Shown here one piece after another: positions 1-9,575 of a stretch of DNA of 64,000 nucleotides. The DNA is from Phototrophicaceae bacterium. GTDB taxonomy: Bacteria; Chloroflexota; Anaerolineae; Aggregatilineales; Phototrophicaceae. The translations under genes and the position numbers were made by a program. The DNA lies in the NCBI GenBank assembly GCA_965223835.1, contig CBDCXQ010000001.1, positions 606,845-670,844 of the forward strand. Direction: 5' to 3'. Within the stretch, counting starts at the first letter, position 1. Every line of letters starts with the position of its first letter. The notes under the pieces were generated by a model that made no database searches, was not told the origin of the DNA, and saw only the letters and a program-made list of their open reading frames with translations.

Positions 1-1496
1 CGGTCATAATGATGGTACCAGGTTTCAATTTCGCCAATTTCTTTTAGACAGATGGCTACCTCCGTCTGATTGTGATGTTGGTGGGCAATTTCCAGGGCTG
101 CCGTTGCAGCAGCCAGAAGCACCTGATACGCTTCCGGCATTGACTGTGATGACCGGGATAGTCTTTCCAAGGGCAGGTGCCGAATCACCACGCGTGCCCA
201 GGTCAATGAGTGCGCGGTATTTGCGTGTTGCTCGAGCATGTTGCGTGCCGCTAAGAACAAGGTTGATCCTTCGCGGAAAAGGTTTTGTGTTTGGCAAAAA
301 ATGGCTAGACTCTCTACCGCATGGGTGATGAAATGTTCGCTGTGTTGTTGTACGGCCTGCAACCAGGCACTACGGATGTTCTCGAAGTCGGCGCGGATGT
401 CTTGTAACGCCTGCAACTCGCCTGCACCTTTAAGATCGCGCTCACGCTTATGCATAAATTGGCAAAAATAAACGCTGTGGGCATTCAACGTCACTTCGGT
501 CTCGTTTGTCAAGTCGAGTTGCTCTTTAGCATATTGGCGTACCAGTTCGTGCAGGTCATAGCGGTCGTTGTCATCCACCTGGACCAGCGATTTATTGATG
601 AATGCGGCTAACAGTGTCAACGATGCACCAGCCACCTCTCGTGCGGCGTCAGCAGTAAACCCACCGCGAAATACTGCCAGTTTCGGGAAAACAGTTCGTT
701 CTTCAGCGTTAAGCAAACTCCAGGAATGATCGAACACGGCCCGCATACTCTGATGGCGTTCTGGCTGGTCGCGGTGATTGGTAACCAAAATATCAATGTT
801 GTGCTGAATCTCATTTGCAATAGTTTTGCACGACATCATAGGGGTCCAACTGGCCGCCAGTTCCAGGGCTAGCGGCAATCCCTGGACCAGTTGGCAAATT
901 TGGATTACTGCATCTTGTTGGTCATCCAGTGAGAAAGCTGGTTGCAGCCGTTGGGCACGTTCCACGAAAAGCTGAACAGCACTGTGCTGATTGATTGAAT
1001 CAGTTTCAACACTTTCGGATATTTCTAGTCCCCACACCGGCCATACGTGTTCGGCCTGCAAATTGAGCCGTTCGCGTGATGTCACCACCAGTGTGGTGCG
1101 GGTGGTATTAGTGAGAATGTCGGTCACAATGTCCACTCCGTCCAGCAGATGCTCAAAGTTGTCCAGCACCAGCAGCAGGTCTTTCGTCTGCAAGTAATTG
1201 AGCAGGCGCTGCCGGGGGTCACTGCTATCAAGGAGTTGCAGGGGTAGGCTATCGATAATCGCAGTGACGATATTGTCGGCGGCTTGCAGTGGCTGTAGAG
1301 GCACGAAGTAGCCGCCGTCGGCGAAGTCGACTTGCCGCGCCACTTCAATCGCCAGCCGGGTCTTACCGCTCCCGCCGGGGCCAGCTAGCGTGAGCAAACG
1401 ACAGTCGGCTGACTGCAACTTATTGGATATATCGGTGATTTCACGTTCCCGCCCAATGAAAGGTGTCAGGTACTGGGGCAGGTTGTTGGCTGTCAT
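1..1496 (-). CDS. STAND-class NTPase (NB-ARC/AAA-like P-loop plus C-terminal helical repeats); C-terminus runs off the left window edge
   Basis: Absent from the supplied ORF track because it has no in-window stop. Hand translation of the minus strand from ATG 1496-1494 gives MTANNLPQYLTPFIGREREITDISNKL...RLLTLAGPGGSGKTRLAIEVARQV (Walker A), KDLLLVLDNFEHLLDG (Walker B), LVVTSRERL, LPLALELAA and LAVFRGGFT. The frame stays open to position 2. Confidence 0.8.
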   Translation of the reverse strand, partial: MTANNLPQYLTPFIGREREITDISNKLQSADCRLLTLAGPGGSGKTRLAIEVARQVDFADGGYFVPLQPLQAADNIVTAIIDSLPLQLLDSSDPRQRLLNYLQTKDLLLVLDNFEHLLDGVDIVTDILTNTTRTTLVVTSRERLNLQAEHVWPVWGLEISESVETDSINQHSAVQLFVERAQRLQPAFSLDDQQDAVIQICQLVQGLPLALELAASWTPMMSCKTIANEIQHNIDILVTNHRDQPERHQSMRAVFDHSWSLLNAEERTVFPKLAVFRGGFTADAAREVAGASLTLLAAFINKSLVQVDDNDRYDLHELVRQYAKEQLDLTNETEVTLNAHSVYFCQFMHKRERDLKGAGELQALQDIRADFENIRSAWLQAVQQHSEHFITHAVESLAIFCQTQNLFREGSTLFLAARNMLEQHANTAHSLTWARVVIRHLPLERLSRSSQSMPEAYQVLLAAATAALEIAHQHHNQTEVAICLKEIGEIETWYHHYD

Positions 1497-1631
1497 CAAG
1501 CAACCCTATTTCTTTTGCTTTTAATCTATTATATCGTACTACGAATCTGCATCCACACGCTAGCTGCGTTAAAATAATGGCTTACATCACGTTGAATGTA
1601 ATCTTTAGTGAAACATCTCTTTGGAGCAAAT

Positions 1632-2915
1632 ATGTCTGCTTTAGAAACTGCTTTTACGATGGATACATCCAGCATCAAGTATGGCCCTGGCGTTACCCAT
1701 GAGATTGGGCATGATATGGCCCGCTACGGTGTCAAGCGGGTGCTGGTCATGACTGATCCCAATCTCACGGACAGCGAACCGGTCAGCATCGTGCGTGATG
1801 CGCTCAAAGCGCAAGGGATTGATACGGTGTTGTACAATCAGGTGCGCGTCGAACCAACCGATGCATCGTTCAAGCACGCGATTGCCTTCGCGTCGGACGG
1901 AAATTTTGATGGCTATGTCGCGGTGGGGGGTGGCTCCACGATGGACACGGCCAAAGCGGCCAACCTCTACGCGACGTATCCGCCGGATGATTTTCTGGAT
2001 TATATCAACCCACCCATTGGCAAGGGCAAACCGGTCTCTGGTGCGCTCAAACCGTTGATCGCGGTGCCCACCACCGCTGGTACTGGCAGCGAAACAACCG
2101 GCGTCGCCATCTTCGATCTGCTGGAGATGCACGCGAAAACCGGCATTGCCCACCGCGCCCTGCGCCCGGTCATGGGCATCATTGACCCGCACAACACGGC
2201 AACACTATCCCCAATGGCAGCGGCTTGCTCCGGGCTGGATGTGCTCAGTCACGCTATCGAATCCCTGACGGCCATTCCCTATGCTTCGCGTCCGCAGACC
2301 GAAAGCCCGGTATATCGCCCGGCCTATCAGGGCAGCAATCCCATCAGCGACATCTGGTCGGCCAAATCAATTGAACTCGTCGCGAAATATCAATTACGGG
2401 CCATCAATGACCCGGATGATGTCGAAGCACGCGGACAAATGCTGCTGGCGGCATCGTTCGCAGGCATCGGCTTCGGCAATGCAGGGGTACATCTGCCGCA
2501 TGGGATGTCGTACCCGGTGTCGGGTATGGTGCGTGATTACTACCCGGAGGGCTACCAAACCGATCATCCCATTATCCCGCACGGCATGTCGGTGATTTTG
2601 AATGCGCCCGCCGTTTTTCGCTGGACAGCGGCAGCGAGTCCTGAACGGCATTTATGGGCAGCGGAATTGTTGGGTGCGGAAGTGAGGGGTGCAACCAATG
2701 ACGATGTTGGCGATATTCTGGCACAGGCGATCATCGACATTATGCAGGCGACCAGGATGCCCAATGGTCTCAGCGCCGTCGGTTTTACCGAAGCGGATGT
2801 AGAGCAACTGGCGGAAGGGACACTCCCGCAGCATCGCGTGACCAAGCTGTCACCGCGCCCGGCGGACAAAGATGACCTGATGCAATTATTCCGCGACGCG
2901 CTGACGTACTGGTAA
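1632..2915 (+). CDS. Iron-containing alcohol dehydrogenase (hydroxyacid-oxoacid transhydrogenase-like subfamily)
   Basis: Carries the GGGSTMDTAKA motif and metal-ligand His motifs (HAIESL, HLPHGMSYP, IPHGMS). ATG 1632 has GGAG 5 nt upstream. The track start at 1608 is a GTG extension. Confidence 0.85.
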   Translation: MSALETAFTMDTSSIKYGPGVTHEIGHDMARYGVKRVLVMTDPNLTDSEPVSIVRDALKAQGIDTVLYNQVRVEPTDASFKHAIAFASDGNFDGYVAVGGGSTMDTAKAANLYATYPPDDFLDYINPPIGKGKPVSGALKPLIAVPTTAGTGSETTGVAIFDLLEMHAKTGIAHRALRPVMGIIDPHNTATLSPMAAACSGLDVLSHAIESLTAIPYASRPQTESPVYRPAYQGSNPISDIWSAKSIELVAKYQLRAINDPDDVEARGQMLLAASFAGIGFGNAGVHLPHGMSYPVSGMVRDYYPEGYQTDHPIIPHGMSVILNAPAVFRWTAAASPERHLWAAELLGAEVRGATNDDVGDILAQAIIDIMQATRMPNGLSAVGFTEADVEQLAEGTLPQHRVTKLSPRPADKDDLMQLFRDALTYW

Positions 2916-2929
2916 TTCTCTTTTTGATG

Positions 2930-3472
2930 CTATTCTTCACGGACCAGGTAAAGGCGATTGTCCTCGACCAGATAGAGCATGGGTGCGACCAGAGTCTTTG
3001 GGTAGCGATTGCGGAGTCGCTGTGCTTCAATCAGCACAAAGTCAATTTCGTTGCCAATCTCGAAAAGCGGCGCGAAGCTATAAAAATGATTTTCCGCCTG
3101 CTCATGGGTCCAACCAGCATTTTCGACCAGATTGTTGACGAATAAATCTTTGCGGGCGGCGAGGTTGACCATGCCACAGTTGTTGTGTCCAATCAGCGCA
3201 ATGGTGTTGACACCACCGACGGCGATGGCATAGGACACTTTGAACTCGCTGAAGCGCAGATTGGCGCCGCCAGAGCGAATAATATAGGAGAAATTATCCG
3301 GGATATGCAGGTGTTTGCGATGATCCATGCACATGCCCACCAGCAGTTCCGCCTGGGTATAGGTCGCAAATGGGCGGTCCAGGTTATGGTAGGCCAGCAA
3401 GCGCTCAATCGGGGTATCCCGGTATTGGGGAAAGATGTCAGCAACGCTTTCAACTGGGACTAAACGATCCAT
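2930..3472 (-). CDS. Beta-class carbonic anhydrase-like protein
   Basis: Zinc-ligand motifs CMDHR (CxDxR) and YAIAVGGVNTIALIGHNNCG (HxxC) are present. Start moved to ATG 3472 (MDRLVPV); the track start at 3556 looks like an extension. Confidence 0.65.
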   Translation of the reverse strand: MDRLVPVESVADIFPQYRDTPIERLLAYHNLDRPFATYTQAELLVGMCMDHRKHLHIPDNFSYIIRSGGANLRFSEFKVSYAIAVGGVNTIALIGHNNCGMVNLAARKDLFVNNLVENAGWTHEQAENHFYSFAPLFEIGNEIDFVLIEAQRLRNRYPKTLVAPMLYLVEDNRLYLVREE

Positions 3473-3501
3473 TACGAAATTACCTCTAAACAGTTTAAGC
3501 T

Positions 3502-4332
3502 TTATGTCGTTGTTGGTTGCTGAGTTGGCGAGACCAGATTGCGCACGGCGGCCCACTCAGCAAACCGCAGCATACCTGCTGTGAGCGCGACATACAAGCC
3601 CATTCCGCCAATTGCGGCAGCCACCAGCGCCGGATTCCACTCATGGACGAGCAGGCCGATGCCGATCGAAAGCGCCATGATCGCCACTGAGACCACAATC
3701 CGCATCCCGAACGCGACGGTCAAAACTACCGGATGGCGACCACTCACCGGCGGCAAAATACCCAGCACGACCGAGAGTGAACTATCGGCAACCGTAAAGG
3801 CCGTTATAACGATCAGCCCGACGATCAAGCGCGACGGGTTCGGCAGGTCCGGGTCACTGCCGATGAAATCCAGCCAGGTGACAACACCCAGGCGCAGCAC
3901 CAACACCATCACGTGATCGCCCCACAGTGAGCGTAGCGTCGCCCACCATTTGCCCTGCACGATCTGGCGGGCCGACATGTTGGTTAGCAATAGATTTTCC
4001 CAGGTGTGGCTTTCATATTCGCGGCTGATGCTGCGGGCCGCCAATGCCAGCGTAATCAACGTGACGACGATATAGAGCGCGAAGTTCATGATGAGCAGGC
4101 TGGTGACGCTTAGTTCGCCGATCATGTCCAACAGCGGTTCAGTAAACAGCTGCCCCAGATCAATGCGGAGCAATGCTGCGCCGATCAACACGACCGAGGC
4201 AATAAACGCCGGGACCAGCATCACGACGGCCAGCAAAATCCAGAACCAGCCGGAGCGACTGCTGCTTATCAGATGCCGCTGGTGCTTGAGTTCGGCGTGC
4301 ATCACCGGGTTGTCGATGGCGATCAAGGTCAC
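3502..4332 (-). CDS. ABC-2-type transporter permease-like membrane protein (orphan, no adjacent ATPase)
   Basis: About 6 hydrophobic segments and the ISREYESHTWENLLLTNMSARQIVQGKWWA block typical of ABC-2 permeases. The start is uncertain: GTG 4332 is preceded by GGGAG, and ATG 4301 is an alternative. The track start at 4485 would overlap the divergent TIR gene. Confidence 0.55.
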   Translation of the reverse strand: MTLIAIDNPVMHAELKHQRHLISSSRSGWFWILLAVVMLVPAFIASVVLIGAALLRIDLGQLFTEPLLDMIGELSVTSLLIMNFALYIVVTLITLALAARSISREYESHTWENLLLTNMSARQIVQGKWWATLRSLWGDHVMVLVLRLGVVTWLDFIGSDPDLPNPSRLIVGLIVITAFTVADSSLSVVLGILPPVSGRHPVVLTVAFGMRIVVSVAIMALSIGIGLLVHEWNPALVAAAIGGMGLYVALTAGMLRFAEWAAVRNLVSPTQQPTTT

Positions 4333-4434
4333 GATGTTGCTCCCTGTTTTTTCATTGGTTGTTCCCACTCCACTATACTGGCAGTTTGCACGAACCAAGT
4401 ATAAACGATGCGCAAAAGCCACTTTGTAAGTTGA

Positions 4435-4463
4435 TCGCCAGCCGAGTCGTTGCTGGTTATAAT
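4435..4463 (+). promoter_or_regulatory. Candidate sigma70-type promoter for the TIR-WD40 gene
   Basis: TCGCCA (4435-4440), 17-nt spacer, perfect TATAAT (4458-4463), about 35 nt upstream of ATG 4499. GAGGA lies 7 nt before the ATG. Confidence 0.35.
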
Positions 4464-4498
4464 TGCAACCGCCGTTCGACACCACTGAGGATCACCAC

Positions 4499-7471
4499 AT
4501 GACTGATGTGTTCATCTCCTATTCTCGTCAAGACGATGAATTTGCCAAACGCTTGACCAACGCCCTGAAGAAACAGGAACGCGATGTCTGGATTGACTGG
4601 GAGGACATCCCCCGCGCGGCAGACTGGCTCAACGAGATTTATGCCGGGGTCGAAAGCGCTGATACATTCTTATTCATCGTGACACAGCACTCGTTGACTA
4701 GCGAGATCTGCAATTACGAGGTCGCCCACGCCCGCAAACACAACAAACGCATCGTACCGCTCATTCGTCAGCGGATTGAAGGCGACCTTGAAGCGCTGGT
4801 TAAAGGCCAATGGATGGACACGACCTGGGAGCAAACGGCCCGCGAAAACTGGCAGCAGATCGGACACCTTAACTGGATTTTCTTCGAGGATGACGAGAAG
4901 TTTGATGTCGAATTTGCGGCGCTGACCGAAACGTTGCAAACCGACATCGAACATGTCAACTTGCATACCCGATTGCTGGTGCGGGCGCGTGAATGGGAAA
5001 GCCGAGATAAGAACGCCGGTTTTCTGCTTACTGGAGACGAGATAAGCAGCGCGGAAGATTGGCTGCAACTGGCTGAAGCTGGTAGCAAAACTCCTGAGCC
5101 GACTCAACTTCATTGTGATTACATCCAGCAGAGCCGAGCACGCGAACAGGCCGAAAAACGGCTCCTGCGCAACCTCCGTCGGACGACGATCATTGCCGTA
5201 GTGATAGGTGCCATTGCAATTATTGCGACGATTGCATCGTTTTTCCTGTTTCAGCTGTCGGAAGTTCAGCGGGCCGAGGCGGAACGGGCCCAGGCACTGG
5301 CGGAAGATCGTGGTAATCAGGCTTCCAGCGTAGCGCTGGCCGCCAATGCACGCAATCTTATCAATGACGCTGAAACCGGGCTGGGCCTGACACTGGCAAT
5401 TGCCGCTTATGAAACCTATGATCCGCCGCTCGCCGATGTGCAGCAAACTCTGGCACGCGCTATTTATGGTCCCAATGCTCTTTATCGTCTCAGCGAACAC
5501 ACAAAATCCGTGTTGGATGTCGCTTTCAACCCGGATGGTCGCACCGGCTACTCAGTGGCATCCGATGGCGCACTCATCTTCTGGGATCTAAATTCCGGGA
5601 CGATGCTCAACGAAGTCACCTTTGCCGACAATCTGGTCGCCAATAATGTAGCTGTCAGCCCGGACGGCACGCAACTGGTTGTTTCGCTATTTGACAATTC
5701 GTTGCGCCTGTTGGATGCGACGGAAGGTAGCGAGGTTGCCACCTTGACCGGGCATGATGACCTGGTTATGCAGGTGGTCTTCAGTCCTGATGGCAGCCGG
5801 TTGCTCTCCGGCGGGCTGGACCGTACCCTACGCCTGTGGGATGTGGCGACGGGTGAAGAACTGCAACGCATCGACAGCCCTGGCGCGATACTGAATCTGG
5901 CCTTTTCGCCGGATGGTCGGCTAGCGGTAACTGGTTCGGGTGACAGTATCCTCACTGGCTCTGAGTTTCAACGGGAAATTGACCGCACTGTACGGGTGTG
6001 GAACTTGCGGACCGGGTCGGAAATGCAAAAATTCACGCCCAACTCCGGGTTTGTGCGAGCTGTCGCCTTCAGCCCGGATGGCAGCAACGTAGTGGCGGGA
6101 ACCTGGAACTCAGGTGACAATGGGCGGTTGCACCTATGGGACATTACGTCGGGAGACAGGCAAAACATTTTTTTCGGGCACACGGACATCATTACCAATG
6201 TGGCTTTCAGCCCGGATGGTCAGCGTCTACTTTCAACTTCCTGGGACCGCTCTTTGCGCGTGTGGGACATCGCCACCAGCCTGGAAATCCAGCGTTTTCA
6301 AGGTCATCGGGACCGTGTGCTGTCGATGGCGCTGAGCGCGAATGGGGAATATGTTCTGACAGGCACGGGCAATGCCGGAAATGACGTACCTGACCCTGAC
6401 ATTGATCTGGCGGTTGATCAAGTTGTCTGGTTATGGGATCTGGAAAGCCGCGCGCAGATTCATCTGCTGGAAGGGCATGACGATTGGGTATGGGGTGTCG
6501 ATATCAGTCCCGATAGTATCCTGGCGGCATCGGGTTCCGGCCCCTTAAGGCCCCCGGCGCTCGATTCCAGTGTGCGCATCTGGGATGTCGCCACCGGGGA
6601 GCAAATTCGGCGACTGGGCGGACATACCGATACCGTGCATGCGGTACGCTTCAGCCCGGATGGGGCGCTACTGGCATCGGCCAGTTGGGATGATACGGTG
6701 CGCATCTGGGAGGTGGCAAGCGGCGACAGACTCATCACTTACGATAGGCACACCGACAATGTGCTCGGCGTAACCTTCAGTCACGATGGTGCAACCATTT
6801 TTTCAGCGTCCAGCGACAAGACCATTCACATGTGGGATGTCGCCTCAGGTGACGAGATCAAGCGCTTTGAGGGGCACACGGGCGCGGTTAACAGTGTCGA
6901 TCTCAGCTCGGATGGCATGCAGATCCTGACCGCTTCCGATGACCGCACCCTGCGTCTGTGGGATGTTGAGACTGGCGAACCGATCAGGCAATTCATCGGA
7001 CATTCCGACCGCATCAATGATGCGATTTTTAGCCCCGATGGCACGCGCCTGATATCCACCTCGTGGGATACTTCCGTGCGCGAATGGGATGTCGCTACGG
7101 GCGAGGAAATTCGCCAATATATCGGGCACAATGGTCCGGTGTTTGGTGTGGATTACAGCCCGGATGGTCGAATCGCAATGACGGCTTCGGCAGATCTGAC
7201 TATTCGCCTGTGGAACACAGCAACCGGCCTCGAGATTCGGCGGTTCGAAGGACATACCAACTGGATACTCAGTGTGTTGTTCAGCCCGGATGGTAACTTC
7301 GCTGTGTCCGGCGCGGAAGATAATACCGTTCGCTCATGGCGTGTGGAAAGCACACTGGACGGTCTGGTGGCGTGGGCGCATAATAACCGCTACGTCCCGG
7401 AACTAACCTGCGCTCAACGTGAACTCTATAATGTTGAGCCATTGTGCCAGGAATATACCGTGGCATCCTGA
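4499..7471 (+). CDS. TIR domain / single TM helix / 14x WD40-repeat protein
   Basis: N-terminal MTDVFISYSRQDDEFAKRL...ADTFLFIVTQHSLTSEICNYEVAHARKHNKRIVPL is a TIR_2-like domain with a conserved Glu. The TM segment is RRTTIIAVVIGAIAIIATIASFFLF. I counted 14 repeats of the form (F/V)SPDG...(L/V)R(L/V/I)WD, and the Cys-pair tail ELTCAQRELYNVEPLC follows. Confidence 0.9.
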   Translation: MTDVFISYSRQDDEFAKRLTNALKKQERDVWIDWEDIPRAADWLNEIYAGVESADTFLFIVTQHSLTSEICNYEVAHARKHNKRIVPLIRQRIEGDLEALVKGQWMDTTWEQTARENWQQIGHLNWIFFEDDEKFDVEFAALTETLQTDIEHVNLHTRLLVRAREWESRDKNAGFLLTGDEISSAEDWLQLAEAGSKTPEPTQLHCDYIQQSRAREQAEKRLLRNLRRTTIIAVVIGAIAIIATIASFFLFQLSEVQRAEAERAQALAEDRGNQASSVALAANARNLINDAETGLGLTLAIAAYETYDPPLADVQQTLARAIYGPNALYRLSEHTKSVLDVAFNPDGRTGYSVASDGALIFWDLNSGTMLNEVTFADNLVANNVAVSPDGTQLVVSLFDNSLRLLDATEGSEVATLTGHDDLVMQVVFSPDGSRLLSGGLDRTLRLWDVATGEELQRIDSPGAILNLAFSPDGRLAVTGSGDSILTGSEFQREIDRTVRVWNLRTGSEMQKFTPNSGFVRAVAFSPDGSNVVAGTWNSGDNGRLHLWDITSGDRQNIFFGHTDIITNVAFSPDGQRLLSTSWDRSLRVWDIATSLEIQRFQGHRDRVLSMALSANGEYVLTGTGNAGNDVPDPDIDLAVDQVVWLWDLESRAQIHLLEGHDDWVWGVDISPDSILAASGSGPLRPPALDSSVRIWDVATGEQIRRLGGHTDTVHAVRFSPDGALLASASWDDTVRIWEVASGDRLITYDRHTDNVLGVTFSHDGATIFSASSDKTIHMWDVASGDEIKRFEGHTGAVNSVDLSSDGMQILTASDDRTLRLWDVETGEPIRQFIGHSDRINDAIFSPDGTRLISTSWDTSVREWDVATGEEIRQYIGHNGPVFGVDYSPDGRIAMTASADLTIRLWNTATGLEIRRFEGHTNWILSVLFSPDGNFAVSGAEDNTVRSWRVESTLDGLVAWAHNNRYVPELTCAQRELYNVEPLCQEYTVAS

Positions 7472-7536
7472 AATTGATTAGTATTCTGCTGCAAATAGAT
7501 GATGAGCGGAAATAGCCAGGTTTTGGAGTAACTGAT

Positions 7537-8769
7537 ATGTTCCCCTTTGGTGATGCGCGTGACTGGTTTGGCGAGAAGCGTTTTGGGCTGTTCATTCACT
7601 GGGGGCTATATGCGCTCAATGAATGGCATGAGCAGGATCAATGGCGGCGGCGGTTTCCCCGTGCTGAGTATGTGCCGCTGGCGCAACGCTTCAACCCGGT
7701 CAACTTCGACCCGGATGCCTGGCTGGATGTGGCCGAGGCTGCCGGGATGGAGTACGTGTGCTTCACGACCAAGCATCACGATGGCTTCTGCATGTGGGAT
7801 ACGGCCCAGACCGATTACAACATCATGCACACGCCCTACAGTCAGGACATCCTCGCCCAACTCGCCGCAGCCTGTCAGCGGCGTGGCTTTCCGTTGATGC
7901 TGTATTACTCGGTAGTCGATTGGCATCATCCCAATTATCCCAATCAGGGCCGCAGCCACGAACTCGAACAACCGGAACCGGGCGATGACCCCGATTTCGA
8001 TAAGTATCTGGACTTCCTCAAGGCGCAGATCCGCGAGTTATGTACCAATTATGGCGCGATTCACGGCATCTGGTGGGACATGAACGTCACCGGCGTGGTG
8101 GATGAATCAATCAACGCCATGATCCGCGAATTGCAGCCAGCGGCGGTCATCAATAATCGCGGTTTTGATGCGGGTGATTACGGCACACCGGAACGCGATA
8201 ATGTTCGCGATGAATCGCGGGTGTTCACGCGACGCACCGAAGCCTGTCAGTCGGTTGGGCGCGAAAGCTGGTGCTATCGGGCGGATGAGGATTACTACAG
8301 CGACCTGCATCTGATGCGCAGCATTGATCGCACACTGGCGCGGGACGGCAATTATCTGCTCAACGTCGGTCCGAAGCCGGATGGCACGCTGCCGCCGGAA
8401 GCTGTCGCCATCTTACAACGTATCGGTGCGTGGTACAATGCAGTCAAGGAATCCTTCGTCGAACCGGCCTCACACAAAACGGATAATCTCGACGTGCTGC
8501 TCACGGAAGACGAAAAAGCGCTGTATGTACATCTCTTCCGCGAACCGCTCATGCGCCGGGTGCTGCTCAATCCGCTGGATCAATTGCCGCAAAAAGTGAC
8601 TCTGCTCAACACCGGGCAGGAACTCCCCGCCCGCAACGATCCGCTGCCGACGTTGCATATGGATAAAGGTGGACTGCTGACGTCTGGGAAAAAAGATTAC
8701 CTGCGCATCGCCGAATTACCCGTCAATGAGCTGGCGGGGCAGGTGCTGGTGCTAAAGCTGGAATTTTAG
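7537..8769 (+). CDS. Alpha-L-fucosidase (GH29)
   Basis: RFGLFIHWGLYALNEW, VCFTTKHHDGFCMWDT and YLLNVGPKPDGTLP are typical GH29 blocks. Confidence 0.85.
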   Translation: MFPFGDARDWFGEKRFGLFIHWGLYALNEWHEQDQWRRRFPRAEYVPLAQRFNPVNFDPDAWLDVAEAAGMEYVCFTTKHHDGFCMWDTAQTDYNIMHTPYSQDILAQLAAACQRRGFPLMLYYSVVDWHHPNYPNQGRSHELEQPEPGDDPDFDKYLDFLKAQIRELCTNYGAIHGIWWDMNVTGVVDESINAMIRELQPAAVINNRGFDAGDYGTPERDNVRDESRVFTRRTEACQSVGRESWCYRADEDYYSDLHLMRSIDRTLARDGNYLLNVGPKPDGTLPPEAVAILQRIGAWYNAVKESFVEPASHKTDNLDVLLTEDEKALYVHLFREPLMRRVLLNPLDQLPQKVTLLNTGQELPARNDPLPTLHMDKGGLLTSGKKDYLRIAELPVNELAGQVLVLKLEF

Positions 8770-8838
8770 GATGGGAAGCTCAACCGGCCAACTACCGATT
8801 CTCGCAGCTTGATCGCTCTGGCCGTTTTTGATTTGCGG

Positions 8839-9399
8839 TCAGCAGGCATACTTGAAGCACTCGGCGGTATGGTCGTTGACAAGGCCGCACGCCTGCATGT
8901 AGGCGTAACAGATCGTCGGCCCGACGAATTTGAAGCCGCGTTTTTTCAGGTCTTTGCTCATGGCTTCTGATGTCGCGGTTTTTGCCGGTAAATCGGCCAG
9001 CGTTTGAAAGCAATTGAGTTGGGGCGTGCCGTCAACGTACTGCCAGATATACGCATCGAAACTGCCGAATTCGGCCTGCACCTTGAGAAAGGCCTGGGCA
9101 TTCGTCACGACGCTGTTGATCTTGGCGCGGTTGCGGATGATACGGGTATCGGCTAACAATTCTGCAATTTTTTTATCATCATATTCGGCGACGATCTCTG
9201 GCTGAAAATCATCGAACAAGGCTTTGTATTCTGCCTGCCGCTTGAGGATCGTAATCCAGCTTAAACCGGCCTGTGCCCCTTCCAGCGAGAGCATTTCAAA
9301 ATGTAACCGGTCATCATGCACCGGCACCCCCCACACGTTATCATGATAGACCTGATACAGCGGATCATCGCCACACCACGCACAACGATTTGCTGGCAT
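8839..9399 (-). CDS. tag: DNA-3-methyladenine glycosylase I
   Basis: MPANRCAWCGDDPLYQVYHDNVWGVPVHDDRLHFEMLSLEGAQAGLSWITILKR, with length and motifs typical of Tag. Confidence 0.9.
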   Translation of the reverse strand: MPANRCAWCGDDPLYQVYHDNVWGVPVHDDRLHFEMLSLEGAQAGLSWITILKRQAEYKALFDDFQPEIVAEYDDKKIAELLADTRIIRNRAKINSVVTNAQAFLKVQAEFGSFDAYIWQYVDGTPQLNCFQTLADLPAKTATSEAMSKDLKKRGFKFVGPTICYAYMQACGLVNDHTAECFKYAC

Positions 9400-9575
9400 T
9401 ACATTCCCCCAAGTTGTTAGAACATGCGTCTCTATTTTACACGATTATCCGGCTGAATTGGACTGGTGGTCGGGAGGCGCAGTCTATGTTACGATTCGCG
9501 TCATTGGCAGAGACTGACTTTTGCAAAAAAATTAAAATTTGATGTTACGCAGATTCACTCGAGTTTGTACCCAAA

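Noticed and set aside
4670-5500. 276-aa minus-strand ORF inside the TIR-WD40 gene
   Set aside because: It is fully antisense to a well-supported gene. It has a Cys/Arg/Gly-rich, low-complexity composition, with no RBS or recognisable motif. It is a shadow ORF.
4499-7471. Canonical Thoeris (ThsA/ThsB) or other known TIR system
   Set aside because: No SIR2/SLOG/macro-domain ThsA-like gene, STING, CD-NTase or Argonaute partner lies adjacent to either TIR gene. The neighbours are a permease, a fucosidase, a lipoprotein and a deacetylase.
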